In this document: in pieces, positions 1 to 9,102 of the stretch
How positions within the stretch are numbered: the stretch's first letter is position 1
Layout of the letters: the number at the start of each line of letters is the position of its first letter
From: Candidatus Latescibacterota bacterium
GTDB taxonomy: Bacteria; Latescibacterota; UBA2968; UBA8231
Reading direction: 5' to 3'
Length of the DNA stretch: 64,000 bases
Assembly (NCBI GenBank): GCA_965221775.1
Contig: CBDCSU010000006.1
Coordinates: forward strand, 2,531,206 to 2,595,205
Translations under genes and position numbers: made by a program
Notes under the pieces: generated by a model
Databases searched by the model: none
Told to the model about the DNA's origin: nothing
What the model saw: only the letters and a program-made list of their open reading frames with translations

Positions 1-213
1 CCCACCTCCGGGATCCACCGCAGCAAGGCGGACTGCCTGCGGGTCTGCGAGCGCGGGCCCACGGTGCTGGTCTACCCCGAGCAGACCTGGTACCACTCGA
101 TGACGGTGGAGAAGCTGGAGCGCATCATCACCGAGCACCTCATCGGCGGCAAGGTGGTGGAGGAGTACGTGAACGAGGTGCCCTTCCGGCAGATCGAGGC
201 CGAGAAGGGCTGA
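1..213 (+). CDS. Thioredoxin-like [2Fe-2S] ferredoxin, 5' partial
   Basis: Frame 1 reads [56 protein letters not shown]...*. The CxxxC-x-xGP-xxxVYP-xxxWY and IIxEHL motifs fit this family. Not in the ORF track. Confidence 0.85.
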   Translation, partial: PTSGIHRSKADCLRVCERGPTVLVYPEQTWYHSMTVEKLERIITEHLIGGKVVEEYVNEVPFRQIEAEKG

Positions 214-235
214 CGCCGTCGCAGCCGCCGGCGCC

Positions 236-1423
236 TCACCCGCCGAGGTGCCGGCCGAACCAGGCCAGGGCCTCGGCCTGGATCTCCGCGTCGTAGCAGT
301 GGTCCTTGTCGGGCCGGTAGTCGCGGAAGCGATCCCCGAGGCCCGCCCACTCGTACCCCGCCCGGATCTGGCGCGCGGCGTCGGCCTGGCCCTCCACCGG
401 GAACAGCTCGTCCCGCCGCCCCGAGACCACCATGGCGGCCCCCGGCGCCGCCATGACCGTCAGGTCCGGCACGTCGAGGCGGTCCCACACCCCCGGCAGC
501 AGGCAGAAGGTGCCGATGGCGCCGTCCACGTTGTAGACCTGCTGGTAGTCCCCGGTCGTCATCCAGCCCACGCTCACCGACGCCTTGATGCGTCCGTCCA
601 GGGCGGCGAGCAGGTTCGTGCGCCAACCGCCGCCTGACAGGCCGGTGCAGCCGATCCGGTCTCCGTCCACCTCCGGCCGCGAGAGCAGGTAGTCGACGCA
701 GCGGCTGTCGTCCCAGTAGTTGACACCCATCCACGTGGTGCCCGCCCAGTTCAGCTGCCTCACGCCGAGGTAGAGGGCCTGCCGCACCCGGCCGTCCAGA
801 TCCTCGTACTCCTCCGCGTTCAGGTCGAAGGGATCGTAGCTGGCGGGGATGCCGAGGCCGCCGGCGTCCAAACCCCGGGGGGCGCGCTCGCCGAAGTGCC
901 AGGCGTCTACCACGATCACCGCGTACCCGGCGGCGGCGAAGACCTCGGCCAGGTAGCGCCCGCCGTAGTACTTGCGCCGGTGCTCCACCAGCACGGGATG
1001 GTCGCGGCCGCTGTTGACGATGCGGTCCTTGCCGAAGAGCATGGGCCCGCCCCAGGCGTGGAGCACCACCAGCCCGGGCAGGGGGCCGGGTCTATCCGCC
1101 GGCCGCAGGAAGTACCCGCGGAGGCGGCTCCAGGGGGTGGCCGTGAAGGCGACGCGCTCCACGATCAGGCCGTCCCGCTCCTCCGAGTCGAGCACCTCCG
1201 GGCGCAGGTCCGCCGGCCCGGGATCGCAGTGGAGGCCTTGCAGCAGACAGCCCCGGGCCTGCTCCCGCCAGACCTCGAAGGAGCCGCCGGGGTGGCGGGC
1301 CCGCCAGCGTTCGGCGTTCAGGTCGAGGGGGCGGTGGGCGCGGATGCGCCGCACCGGCTCCTCGAGGCTGCCGTAGTCGCCGTGAGCCGGGCGGGAGAGG
1401 GGCAGGTCGCCGAAGCGGGTCAT
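236..1423 (-). CDS. Alpha/beta hydrolase (dienelactone hydrolase/Abhydrolase_7-like)
   Basis: Nucleophile elbow GCTGLSGGG, DYLLSRPEVDGDRIG and a C-terminal His (DHCY). Start taken at MTRFGD, behind a GGAG RBS. Confidence 0.8.
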   Translation of the reverse strand: MTRFGDLPLSRPAHGDYGSLEEPVRRIRAHRPLDLNAERWRARHPGGSFEVWREQARGCLLQGLHCDPGPADLRPEVLDSEERDGLIVERVAFTATPWSRLRGYFLRPADRPGPLPGLVVLHAWGGPMLFGKDRIVNSGRDHPVLVEHRRKYYGGRYLAEVFAAAGYAVIVVDAWHFGERAPRGLDAGGLGIPASYDPFDLNAEEYEDLDGRVRQALYLGVRQLNWAGTTWMGVNYWDDSRCVDYLLSRPEVDGDRIGCTGLSGGGWRTNLLAALDGRIKASVSVGWMTTGDYQQVYNVDGAIGTFCLLPGVWDRLDVPDLTVMAAPGAAMVVSGRRDELFPVEGQADAARQIRAGYEWAGLGDRFRDYRPDKDHCYDAEIQAEALAWFGRHLGG

Positions 1424-1480
1424 GGGGTGATCTCCTGCGGGCGGCTGGGGGCCTGCTGCGATGGTCTCGTCGAAGCCGCG

Positions 1481-1638
1481 GTTCTTGTGCTGATCGCGAG
1501 CATCGGGCGCATCCAACTCTGCGGAGAGAAGGGACCGGACGAGGCGCCGCTAGTTCCGGTGCTGATCGCGGGCATCGGCTGCATCGAGAATCGGCAGGGT
1601 TGCCCCGACGAGGCGGTCAACCGTTCCGGCGCCGGAAC
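1481..1638. repeat. Degenerate ~36-bp direct repeats with ~72-bp period
   Basis: GTTCTTGTGCTGATCGCGAGCATCGGGCGCATCCAA (1481) and GTTCCGGTGCTGATCGCGGGCATCGGCTGCATCGAG (1553) are 29/36 identical. A third GTTCCGG start lies at 1623. Confidence 0.6.
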
Positions 1639-1798
1639 CCGTCGGGGATGCGGATCCGGTGGCAGGTGGCCGCGCCCCTGGATGGCGGGTTTCATGCAGA
1701 GAAAGGAGGGCGCGCCGCCGCGGGCGGGTCAAACCCCGGCCCGTTGGCGCCCGCAGGAGCGATGCCGATACTCAGCAGACCGCCCCGGAGCAGACCGC

Positions 1799-2545
1799 AT
1801 GAACTTCCCCCCTCCTGAATGGATCGACCGCGTCGCTTCGACGAACTCCCTCCTCCTGGAGCGCATCGGCAGCGGTGCGGGCGCGTCCCCCGGGACGGTG
1901 CTGGCCGCCGACGACCAGACCGGGGGCCGGGGGCGCGGGCAGCGCGCCTGGGTCTCGCGCCCGGGGAGCGACCTCGCCTGCTCCCTGGTGCTCGAAGCCG
2001 CCGGGGCCGGGGCGCGGCAGCTGGGATCGCTGTCCATGGCAGCCGCCCTGGGGGTGGCCGACTGCCTGGAGGACCACGGCCTGACGGCGCAGACCAAGTG
2101 GCCCAACGACGTGATCGCGGGGCGCCGCAAGATCGCCGGCATCCTGCCCGAGCCGGCTCCGGGGGGCCGGCAGCCCCAGCTGGTCGTGCTCGGCATCGGC
2201 GTGAACCTCGGCATGACCCGGGCCGAGGCGGAGGCGATCGATCAGCCGGCCACCTCGGTCCTCGTGGAGACCGGCTCGGCGCCCTCGCCGCGGGAGGTGC
2301 TCCCCGGCCTGCTGCGGCGGCTGACGCCGTGGCTGGAGGCCTGGACGGCGGGCGGTTTCACCGCCCTGCGCGCCGGCTGGGAAGCGCGCTGCGCCGGCCT
2401 CGGGGAGCGGGTCACCGTGGTCGACGGCGGCCAGCGGCTCAGCGGCGTGCTCGCCGGCTTCGGTGACGGCGGGCAGCTGCTTCTGGAGGAGGGCGGTTCC
2501 GTGCGCGAAGTCTGGGCGGGGAGCCTGACGCTCGGTGGGACCTGA
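1799..2545 (+). CDS. birA: Biotin--[acetyl-CoA-carboxylase] ligase (no HTH domain)
   Basis: Motifs STN, QTGGRGRGQRAW, KWPND, RKIAGIL and GIGVN. Confidence 0.92.
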   Translation: MNFPPPEWIDRVASTNSLLLERIGSGAGASPGTVLAADDQTGGRGRGQRAWVSRPGSDLACSLVLEAAGAGARQLGSLSMAAALGVADCLEDHGLTAQTKWPNDVIAGRRKIAGILPEPAPGGRQPQLVVLGIGVNLGMTRAEAEAIDQPATSVLVETGSAPSPREVLPGLLRRLTPWLEAWTAGGFTALRAGWEARCAGLGERVTVVDGGQRLSGVLAGFGDGGQLLLEEGGSVREVWAGSLTLGGT

Positions 2546-2631
2546 GAGGGGTCAGGATACGCCGAAGGCGCCGCGAGTGGTTCTGGCACTTCCCGCGTGA
2601 GTTGTTCGATTCAGCATCGGCACAGTTGTGG

Positions 2632-3756
2632 TCATCCCGAATCCTTGATGCGGTCGAGCATCCAGTCGACCGTGGACTTGAAGGAGGCCATGCTGGCCGG
2701 GTCGCTCAGCACGCTCATCGGGAAGCTGGGCCGTTTCTCGATGCCGTCGGGGGGAATCTCTACGGAGGGCAACTCGTTGAACCTCTGGCGAAGTTGCTCA
2801 CGCATCTCTGCGGATGAGAAGGCAGGTCGTGCCTTGATGTCCTGGAACCGGATTGCTACCAGCCCGGATGTCCGCAGTGCGAGCGGATCATACCGGTGCT
2901 CGCCTTGGGTGACGATGGACCGATAGATACCGGCGCGCCCTCCTCTGCTCCACCAGTCTTCCATACCGCGCTCCCTGAACCAGGCCATCAGGTCCACCGC
3001 CACCGCCCGCTGCTTCGGGCCCTTCCGCTCCAAGGCCGCCAGGAAGCGAGGCTCGTCCCAAGGCTGCCCCGGACTCGAGCCTGCCTTCTTCGTCCTGGCA
3101 GCGACAGTCTGCCCGATCACGCGGGGGGCCAACGTCTCGAGCCCACTCCCCGAGTAGCGCGGGATCTCCACGGCGAGCACCTCGGCCGGGTCCATCTGGT
3201 TGTTCAGGAACTCGACGACTCGCTGCAGTTCCGCCGGGATCTCGTCGGCCACGAAGACCAAGCGTATTCGGCCCGCTTGGAGGTTGGTCTTGACCGCCTT
3301 CCAGAACTCCTCCGCCGACTCATGCTCGATGAACTCCTGCAACTGAAGATCGGGATCGTTCCCGGAAGCCTCGCATGAACTGCGGAAGAGAGCCTGCAGT
3401 TGCTCGAGGGGCCAGTGGGCAACCCCGTTCGCCGCGTAGTCGAGCATCTGTCCGACCACCTCTCGGCGGAGCCTGGTGTCCGAGCTTCGCTTGACCTCGA
3501 CCAGGGTCGGCACTCCATCCTGATCCAGGAAGAGGTGGTCGAGGGACCAACGGTCGCCGCCATCGCTCTCGCCCGGAATCCCCGCTTCCCGCGAGACCAG
3601 CAACCACCGGCGGGGTGAGGTTGGATCGAAGTCGTCGCCCGGCAGCAGGCTCGGGAAGCGGGCGAGAAGGTCCTGCAACTGGTCCTCGGACGAGTACTCC
3701 TGCTGCTCGAGCTCGACGAGGTCACCCCCATCGGCGATCAGGAATATCTTGCCCAC
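2632..3756 (-). CDS. PD-(D/E)xK nuclease-fold protein (NucS/DUF91-like N-terminus)
   Basis: E..LQ..L, VSRE, LDHLFLDQDGVPTLVEVKR and VVGQMLDYA fit a restriction-endonuclease-like fold. Confidence 0.65.
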   Translation of the reverse strand: MGKIFLIADGGDLVELEQQEYSSEDQLQDLLARFPSLLPGDDFDPTSPRRWLLVSREAGIPGESDGGDRWSLDHLFLDQDGVPTLVEVKRSSDTRLRREVVGQMLDYAANGVAHWPLEQLQALFRSSCEASGNDPDLQLQEFIEHESAEEFWKAVKTNLQAGRIRLVFVADEIPAELQRVVEFLNNQMDPAEVLAVEIPRYSGSGLETLAPRVIGQTVAARTKKAGSSPGQPWDEPRFLAALERKGPKQRAVAVDLMAWFRERGMEDWWSRGGRAGIYRSIVTQGEHRYDPLALRTSGLVAIRFQDIKARPAFSSAEMREQLRQRFNELPSVEIPPDGIEKRPSFPMSVLSDPASMASFKSTVDWMLDRIKDSG

Positions 3757-3768
3757 TGCATTGCTTCC

Positions 3769-3822
3769 TTATTCGGCGATCACGCCGGCAACAGGGCGAG
3801 GAAGGTCCGCGTCGATGACGAA
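3769..3822 (-). pseudogene. Remnant of DUF5615 (PIN-like) toxin N-terminus
   Basis: Reads FVIDADLPRPVAGVIAE* directly after a DUF433 gene. It has no start codon and stops after 17 aa. Confidence 0.6.
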
Positions 3823-4031
3823 GGATGGGCTTCTTCTGCTTCTACGAGCTCTTCGGCATATTCAAGCGCGGCCCGTACATCCGCGTCAGTAATGCCATAC
3901 TCCTCACATACCTCTTCGGGCGTGGCCCCGCCTGCAAGGCTCCCGATGATTCTGTGTACCGGAACCCGGGTTCCCCTCACCACCGGCTTGCCATGGCGGA
4001 TCGAGGGATCGATTGCGATCCGTTCATTCAT
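3780..4031 (-). CDS. DUF433 family putative antitoxin
   Basis: MNERIAIDPSIRHGKPVVRGTRVPV...EEVCEEYGITDADVRAALEYA. Confidence 0.9.
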   Translation of the reverse strand: MNERIAIDPSIRHGKPVVRGTRVPVHRIIGSLAGGATPEEVCEEYGITDADVRAALEYAEELVEAEEAHPSSSTRTFLALLPA

Positions 4032-4246
4032 CCTGTGATCTCCATGTCTTCGCGATTGCCGAACCATCGAAGCGGGGCTCGTCAGGAACGTACAGGAGCG
4101 TTTGGACGGTCACAAGCGGGGGCCGACCCCCGGGACGGTGCCGGCCCCGGCGACCATTGGCATCCGCATCCGAACCAGGAATCCCTTGATACCCCGGCCG
4201 GCAGCACGAGGTCACGCGTCCGTCGGGAAAGTCCTCCTTCAGCCGG

Positions 4247-4645
4247 TTGGTCACCGTCCCCGTCACCCACAAGGAGCAGGACTGGGACGAGGTCCGCGCC
4301 TGCCACGACGAGAGCTATCTGCGCTGGTTCGGGTGCGGGTCGAAGGATCCCCTGGACTGGGTGCCCCACCTGTTCCTGATGCAGAGCGAGATGCAGGAGT
4401 GGGGCGAGACCCGCATGCCCGAGGGCGCCCACTACGAGCAGGAGCAGGAGATCCTGAAGACGGAGGTCCGCGGCAACATGGCGATCTCCGTCGTTCGCGA
4501 GTCGGGCCGCTGGCGGTCGGACAGCGGCGAGGTCTACGTCCGCTGGGACGACACCCGCAATGTGTGGTTCACGGGGCGGATCAAGGGCGAGTGGAAGATC
4601 ATCGCCGCCTTCTTCCCCGAGGTGACACCCCGCACGCAATCGTAA
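4247..4645 (+). CDS. NTF2/SnoaL-like small protein
   Basis: Ends in a strand pattern and GEWKIIA typical of the NTF2 fold. The TTG start is uncertain. Confidence 0.55.
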   Translation: MVTVPVTHKEQDWDEVRACHDESYLRWFGCGSKDPLDWVPHLFLMQSEMQEWGETRMPEGAHYEQEQEILKTEVRGNMAISVVRESGRWRSDSGEVYVRWDDTRNVWFTGRIKGEWKIIAAFFPEVTPRTQS

Positions 4646-4714
4646 AGGGCGGGTCACGGCCCGGATCCCCCGGGGCGCCTTGTGCCGGCGCGCCCGGCGC
4701 CCGGGCTCTTTCTC

Positions 4715-4744
4715 TTGACACTGTCCGCCTTGTGGCGGTAGAAA
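4715..4744 (+). promoter_or_regulatory. Putative sigma70 promoter with a dyad in the spacer
   Basis: TTGACA-N18-TAGAAA. The spacer contains CCGCC-TTGT-GGCGG. Confidence 0.45.
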
Positions 4745-4791
4745 GTCCTTGTCCTCCGGGTGTTCCGGGGGAGGAGGCTGGGGGAACTTTG

Positions 4792-5799
4792 ATGGCTGCG
4801 GATTCGGACACCTACTACACCCTGTGGCGGCTCAGTTGCGGCGCCGAGGCCCAGGACGTGCTGGCCTGCGCCGTCGAGCTGGGACTCTTCACCCGGCTGG
4901 CCGAGGGACCCAGGACGATCCCGGAGATCGCCGAGGCCATGGAGATCCGGCTGCGGCCGGCAGAGGTCCTGGCCGTGACCTGCGCCTCCATCGGGGTGTT
5001 GCGCAAGGAAGGCGACCGTTACGGGAACGTGGCCGACATGGAGCCGTTCCTCGTCGAGGGAGGAGAGATGTACAACCAGTACACCGCCTTCGGACGGGCC
5101 GGCTACGTCGACGAGGACCGCGGCGACAAGATCCGCCAGGCCGTGCTCACCGACAAACCCCGGTCCGGCGACGGCTGGCTCGACGCGGCCACGGGCAAGA
5201 AGCAGCCCTTCCCCTTCTACCCCAAGCGCCACCGCCTGCGCATCCTCTGGGGCGACTGCGTGGCGGGGGCCTTCGACTTCACGCGGTTCCGCAAGATCAC
5301 CGACTTGGGCGGGGCCTCGGGCGGCCACCTGGTGGGCATCGTGCGGCGGTTCCCCCACCTGGAGGCGATCGTCTTCGATCTGGAGTACAACCGAGAGGCC
5401 GCCGAAGAGGGCCTCTCCCAGACGGACGAGTCGGGCAGGATCCGCTTCCAGGCCGGGACGTTCTTCGAGGACGAGCTGCCTCCCGGGACCGACGTCTTCC
5501 TCCTGTCCCATATCCTGCACGACTGGGGGTGGGAGCGCTGCCTGCAGATCCTGCGCCGCTGCCGCGAGGCCCTTCCCGACGACGGCGCCGTCGTGGCCGA
5601 GGAGTTCCTGCTCAACGAGGAGAAGACGGGCCCGCTGCTGGCCGCTTTCCAGGGGCTGCACGTGTTCTACAACAACATCGAGGCCCGGCAGTACACGGGC
5701 TCCGAGATCCGGGAGATGATGGCCGAAGCGGGGTTCGCCCGCAGCGAGGTGCGGCCCATCGACCCCAAGCAGAGCATCGTCATCGGCTGGAAGATGTGA
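4792..5799 (+). CDS. SAM-dependent O-methyltransferase (Methyltransf_2 with dimerisation domain)
   Basis: AVELGLFTRL, DLGGASG, GTFFEDELP, LSHILHDW and ARQYTGSE. Confidence 0.9.
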   Translation: MAADSDTYYTLWRLSCGAEAQDVLACAVELGLFTRLAEGPRTIPEIAEAMEIRLRPAEVLAVTCASIGVLRKEGDRYGNVADMEPFLVEGGEMYNQYTAFGRAGYVDEDRGDKIRQAVLTDKPRSGDGWLDAATGKKQPFPFYPKRHRLRILWGDCVAGAFDFTRFRKITDLGGASGGHLVGIVRRFPHLEAIVFDLEYNREAAEEGLSQTDESGRIRFQAGTFFEDELPPGTDVFLLSHILHDWGWERCLQILRRCREALPDDGAVVAEEFLLNEEKTGPLLAAFQGLHVFYNNIEARQYTGSEIREMMAEAGFARSEVRPIDPKQSIVIGWKM

Positions 5800-5816
5800 G
5801 GATCAGAGGCGGGCTC

Positions 5817-6809
5817 GTGGCGATCATCGCGGTGAGCAGCCTGTCCAAGACCTACAGGATTCCACAGAGGGAACCGGGGCTCAAGGGGGCGATCAGCAAC
5901 CTGCTCTTCCCGCGCAGCACGCTCCTGCCGGCTGTCCGGAACCTGACCTTCGACATCGAGCCGGGACAAGTCGTCGCCTACCTGGGCCCCAATGGCGCCG
6001 GCAAGTCGACGACCATCAAGCTCCTCACAGGCATTCTCACGCCTTCGGAAGGGCGGGTCGAGGTGCTCGGCCTCGAACCCCATGCCAAACGCATTGAGAA
6101 TGCGAGGAATATCGGCGTCGTCTTCGGGCAGCGCTCCCAGTTGCGGTGGGACCTTCCCGTCATCGAGTCCTTTGAACTCCACCGCAGGCTGTACGACCTC
6201 TCCTCCTCCTTCTACCGCAGCCAGATGGACCTGTTCTCGGCCACTCTTGATCTCGGCGGCCAACTGAAGAAGAATGCCCGCAGCCTGAGCCTGGGCCAGA
6301 AGATGCTGTGCAACATCGCCCTGTCCCTCCTGCACCGGCCGCCGATCATCTACCTGGACGAGCCCACGATCGGACTGGACATCGTCGTCAAGGAGAAGAT
6401 CCGGGACTTCTTCGTCCATCTGAACCGGGAGCACGGCGTGTCGATCCTGCTCACGAGCCATGACCTGGAGGATGTGGAGAAGCTCTGTGAGCGCATCATG
6501 GTGATCGACAGGGGAAAGATCCTCTTCGACGGGGGGCTCGAGGAGCTGAGAGGCATCTATGGAAAGACGCGGATCATGACCCTGGAGCTCGCCCATCCCC
6601 CCCGGGGACTCGACGGCCTGAAGGACGCGACCGTGGTGCACAGGCAGGGAAACAAGATCAGGATGGAGTTCGACGGCACCCAGCTGTCGACGACCCGCCT
6701 GATCGGCGAGATCGCCATGGGCAACGACGTGCGAGATGTCGTCATCCAGGAGCAGGAGATCGGCACCATAGTCAAGAGGATCTACCAGGAGAAGGCGGCG
6801 GCGGACTAG
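5817..6809 (+). CDS. ABC exporter ATP-binding subunit
   Basis: Walker A GPNGAGKST, signature LSLGQ, YLDEPTIGLD and SHD. GTG start. Confidence 0.92.
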   Translation: MAIIAVSSLSKTYRIPQREPGLKGAISNLLFPRSTLLPAVRNLTFDIEPGQVVAYLGPNGAGKSTTIKLLTGILTPSEGRVEVLGLEPHAKRIENARNIGVVFGQRSQLRWDLPVIESFELHRRLYDLSSSFYRSQMDLFSATLDLGGQLKKNARSLSLGQKMLCNIALSLLHRPPIIYLDEPTIGLDIVVKEKIRDFFVHLNREHGVSILLTSHDLEDVEKLCERIMVIDRGKILFDGGLEELRGIYGKTRIMTLELAHPPRGLDGLKDATVVHRQGNKIRMEFDGTQLSTTRLIGEIAMGNDVRDVVIQEQEIGTIVKRIYQEKAAAD

Positions 6810-6814
6810 CCGGG

Positions 6815-7606
6815 ATGGGTCGTTTCACCGGACTGCTGAAGGTCACCTTCCAGGAGGGGCTCGTATACAGGACCCAGTTCCTGGCGGACGTCTCCGCCGG
6901 TTGCGTGTACCTCCTGTCCTGCTACTACCTGTGGCGGGCCGTATACGCCGGGCGATCGGAGATAGAGGGCATCTCCCTCGCCTCCATGGTGGCCTATGCG
7001 CTGGTGTCGACGCTCATCGGTTTCGTGGTTCGGCAGGACGTGAACGTGGTGGTGGGAGACAAGGTCCATCGGGGCGAGATCGCCATTGAACTGACCAAGC
7101 CGATCAACTATCAGCTGGTGCTCCTCTACACCGCCGCGGGACAGGCGATCTTCAATCTGGTCTTCAAGGGCCTGCCCGTGGTCCTGGTCTTCGCCCACGT
7201 CCTCGACATAGCCGTCCCCATGGACCCCGGCCGGGTGCTGCTGGCCACCCTCAGCTGCGCTCTCGGCTTCGTTGCATACTTCCTGATCGATCTGTCCCTG
7301 GGCAGCCTCGCCTTCTGGATCACGCAGACGTACGGCGTGAACATGTTCAAGAACGTGCTCATGTCCCTGTGCGCGGGAGGGATCATGCCGCTGGACTTCT
7401 TCCCGGCCCTGGTGCGCGATGCTCTCGCCTTCATGCCCTTCAAGGGGTGCTTCTATACGCCCCTGTCCATCCTTCTCGGGATCGAACCTTCAGGCGGGCT
7501 GCCCATGCTGATCGCGGAGCAGTTGGGATGGATCGTGGTCCTGCTCCTGGTCTCCCAGGTGCTGTGGAGGAAGGCCCTGCCAAGGGTCGTCGTTCTGGGG
7601 GGATGA
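6815..7606 (+). CDS. ABC-2 family permease (DUF990-like)
   Basis: About 6 TM segments, G.IA..L.KP, MPLDFFP and a terminal VVVLGG. Confidence 0.85.
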   Translation: MGRFTGLLKVTFQEGLVYRTQFLADVSAGCVYLLSCYYLWRAVYAGRSEIEGISLASMVAYALVSTLIGFVVRQDVNVVVGDKVHRGEIAIELTKPINYQLVLLYTAAGQAIFNLVFKGLPVVLVFAHVLDIAVPMDPGRVLLATLSCALGFVAYFLIDLSLGSLAFWITQTYGVNMFKNVLMSLCAGGIMPLDFFPALVRDALAFMPFKGCFYTPLSILLGIEPSGGLPMLIAEQLGWIVVLLLVSQVLWRKALPRVVVLGG

Positions 7607-7609
7607 GGG

Positions 7610-8401
7610 ATGACCCGGTACCTGGCACTCTACGGCTTCCTCTTCCTGAGTCACCTGAAGAGCATGCTGGAGTACAAGACCAGCTTCTGGCTCTCCTTCC
7701 TCTCCATGATTGCCACCACCGGCGCCGGTCTCGCCACCATGGGGGTTGTCTTCACCCATGTGGAGGAGATCGCCGGATGGACATTCCCGGAGCTGTTCTT
7801 CCTGTACGCGCTCTCCATCATCGGCATGAGCTTCCATCACGCCTTCACGAACAGTGTCATCTACCTGGATGAGAACATCAGGGACGGCACCTTCGATCAG
7901 TTGCTCTGCCTGCCCGTGAACACCCTGTTCTACCTCGTGGCCCGCCGCTACACGCCGCTGGGGTTGGGCAACCTGGTCGTGGGAATCGCCTACCTGGTGG
8001 TGGCCAGCCGGATCGCCGGAATAGAATGGGACGCGACGAAGGGCCTGTTTCTGGTGGCAGCCGTCGTTTCCGGGAACGTGATCTGGTTCGCCATCATGCT
8101 CTTCTTCGGCACCGCTTCCTTCTGGGTGACTCGCACCCATTCCCTGTGCAGTCTCGTGATCAGCATTTACGAATTGACGCGGTACCCTCTGAGCATCTAC
8201 GGACCCAATCTGAAGGGACTGCTCACCTTCGTCCTTCCGTACGCCTTCGTCGCCTACTATCCTGCCCTCTTCCTGCTGGGCAAGGAGGAGGCGGGAAGCG
8301 AATGGGGCCTGCTGTCGCCGCTGGTGGCGGCGGCCCTGATGGTGGGGAGCTACCAGTTCTGGAGACTCGGAATCAGGTCGTACCGAGGCACGGGATCCTA
8401 G
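7610..8401 (+). CDS. ABC-2 family permease (DUF990-like)
   Basis: IAGW, GTFDQLLCLP, YPLSIY, VAYYP and a terminal YRGTGS. Confidence 0.85.
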   Translation: MTRYLALYGFLFLSHLKSMLEYKTSFWLSFLSMIATTGAGLATMGVVFTHVEEIAGWTFPELFFLYALSIIGMSFHHAFTNSVIYLDENIRDGTFDQLLCLPVNTLFYLVARRYTPLGLGNLVVGIAYLVVASRIAGIEWDATKGLFLVAAVVSGNVIWFAIMLFFGTASFWVTRTHSLCSLVISIYELTRYPLSIYGPNLKGLLTFVLPYAFVAYYPALFLLGKEEAGSEWGLLSPLVAAALMVGSYQFWRLGIRSYRGTGS

Positions 8402-8447
8402 TGAGCGGGGACTGCCCTGCGCGGATGCATGGAAATGGGCTCCGCAG

Positions 8448-9077
8448 CTACTGCAGCTTGATCATCTTCCGGATGCCGCTGCTCCGCTCCCCCACCTGCA
8501 GTTGGTACAAGTAGACTCCGGCGGCGGCGGGTCGGCCCAGCGCATCCCGGCCATCCCAGGCCAGTCTGTGCTCGCCGGCCGGCAAGGGACCGCTCCACAC
8601 GTGGCGCACCAACTGGCCCGAGACATTGTGGACGGTCAGTTCCACCTCACCGGCATCGACTGGCACCGAGAAGGGGATGATCGTGGCCGGGTTGAACGGG
8701 TTGGGGTAGTTGAGACCAAGAGCGAGACCGAGGGGGACGGTCACCGGGCCGGAGAGGAGAGCGGTGGCCGCACCCGGGCCGCATGTGGAGGTCAGGTAGA
8801 CGCATGCCGGAGTGCCGGGATGATGGTAGTAGTGGTCCTGCCGATAGCCGGGATTGTGGAAGTAGTAGTCGTACCAGAACTCGTTGGGCTTGTGGTTCTC
8901 CCAATCGCACGGCAAGGAGGTCGTGTGATATCCACTGCTTCCCTCGGGGATGCCATGGCAGTCGTCGGCCGGCGTCCGGATGGCCGTGCCGAGGGCGATG
9001 GCCAGCCCGGCCACCAGGCTGCACAGTCGCCCCGGAGCCAGCCCCTGACACGGCTGGATCAGTTCCCTCGATGGCAT
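8448..9077 (-). CDS. Small secreted protein with His/Tyr/Cys-rich segment and C-terminal FlgD/T9SS type-A-like domain
   Basis: Hydrophobic N-region, then NYPNPFNPATIIPF...VHNVSGQLVR...WDGRD..G..AAAGVYLYQL...RKMIKLQ. Start uncertain. Confidence 0.75.
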   Translation of the reverse strand: MPSRELIQPCQGLAPGRLCSLVAGLAIALGTAIRTPADDCHGIPEGSSGYHTTSLPCDWENHKPNEFWYDYYFHNPGYRQDHYYHHPGTPACVYLTSTCGPGAATALLSGPVTVPLGLALGLNYPNPFNPATIIPFSVPVDAGEVELTVHNVSGQLVRHVWSGPLPAGEHRLAWDGRDALGRPAAAGVYLYQLQVGERSSGIRKMIKLQ

Positions 9078-9102
9078 GGCGGATTCCACGAAGTGGGCCA
9101 CC

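Noticed and set aside
1481-1638. Bona fide CRISPR array feature
   Set aside because: Only two full degenerate copies, related spacers and no cas genes. Kept as a repeat and a finding only.
896-1798. Long N-terminal extensions on birA (and on the O-methyltransferase, ABC ATPase, amidase and FGE ORFs in the track)
   Set aside because: They overlap other genes or are low-complexity. Family motifs begin at the downstream starts used here.
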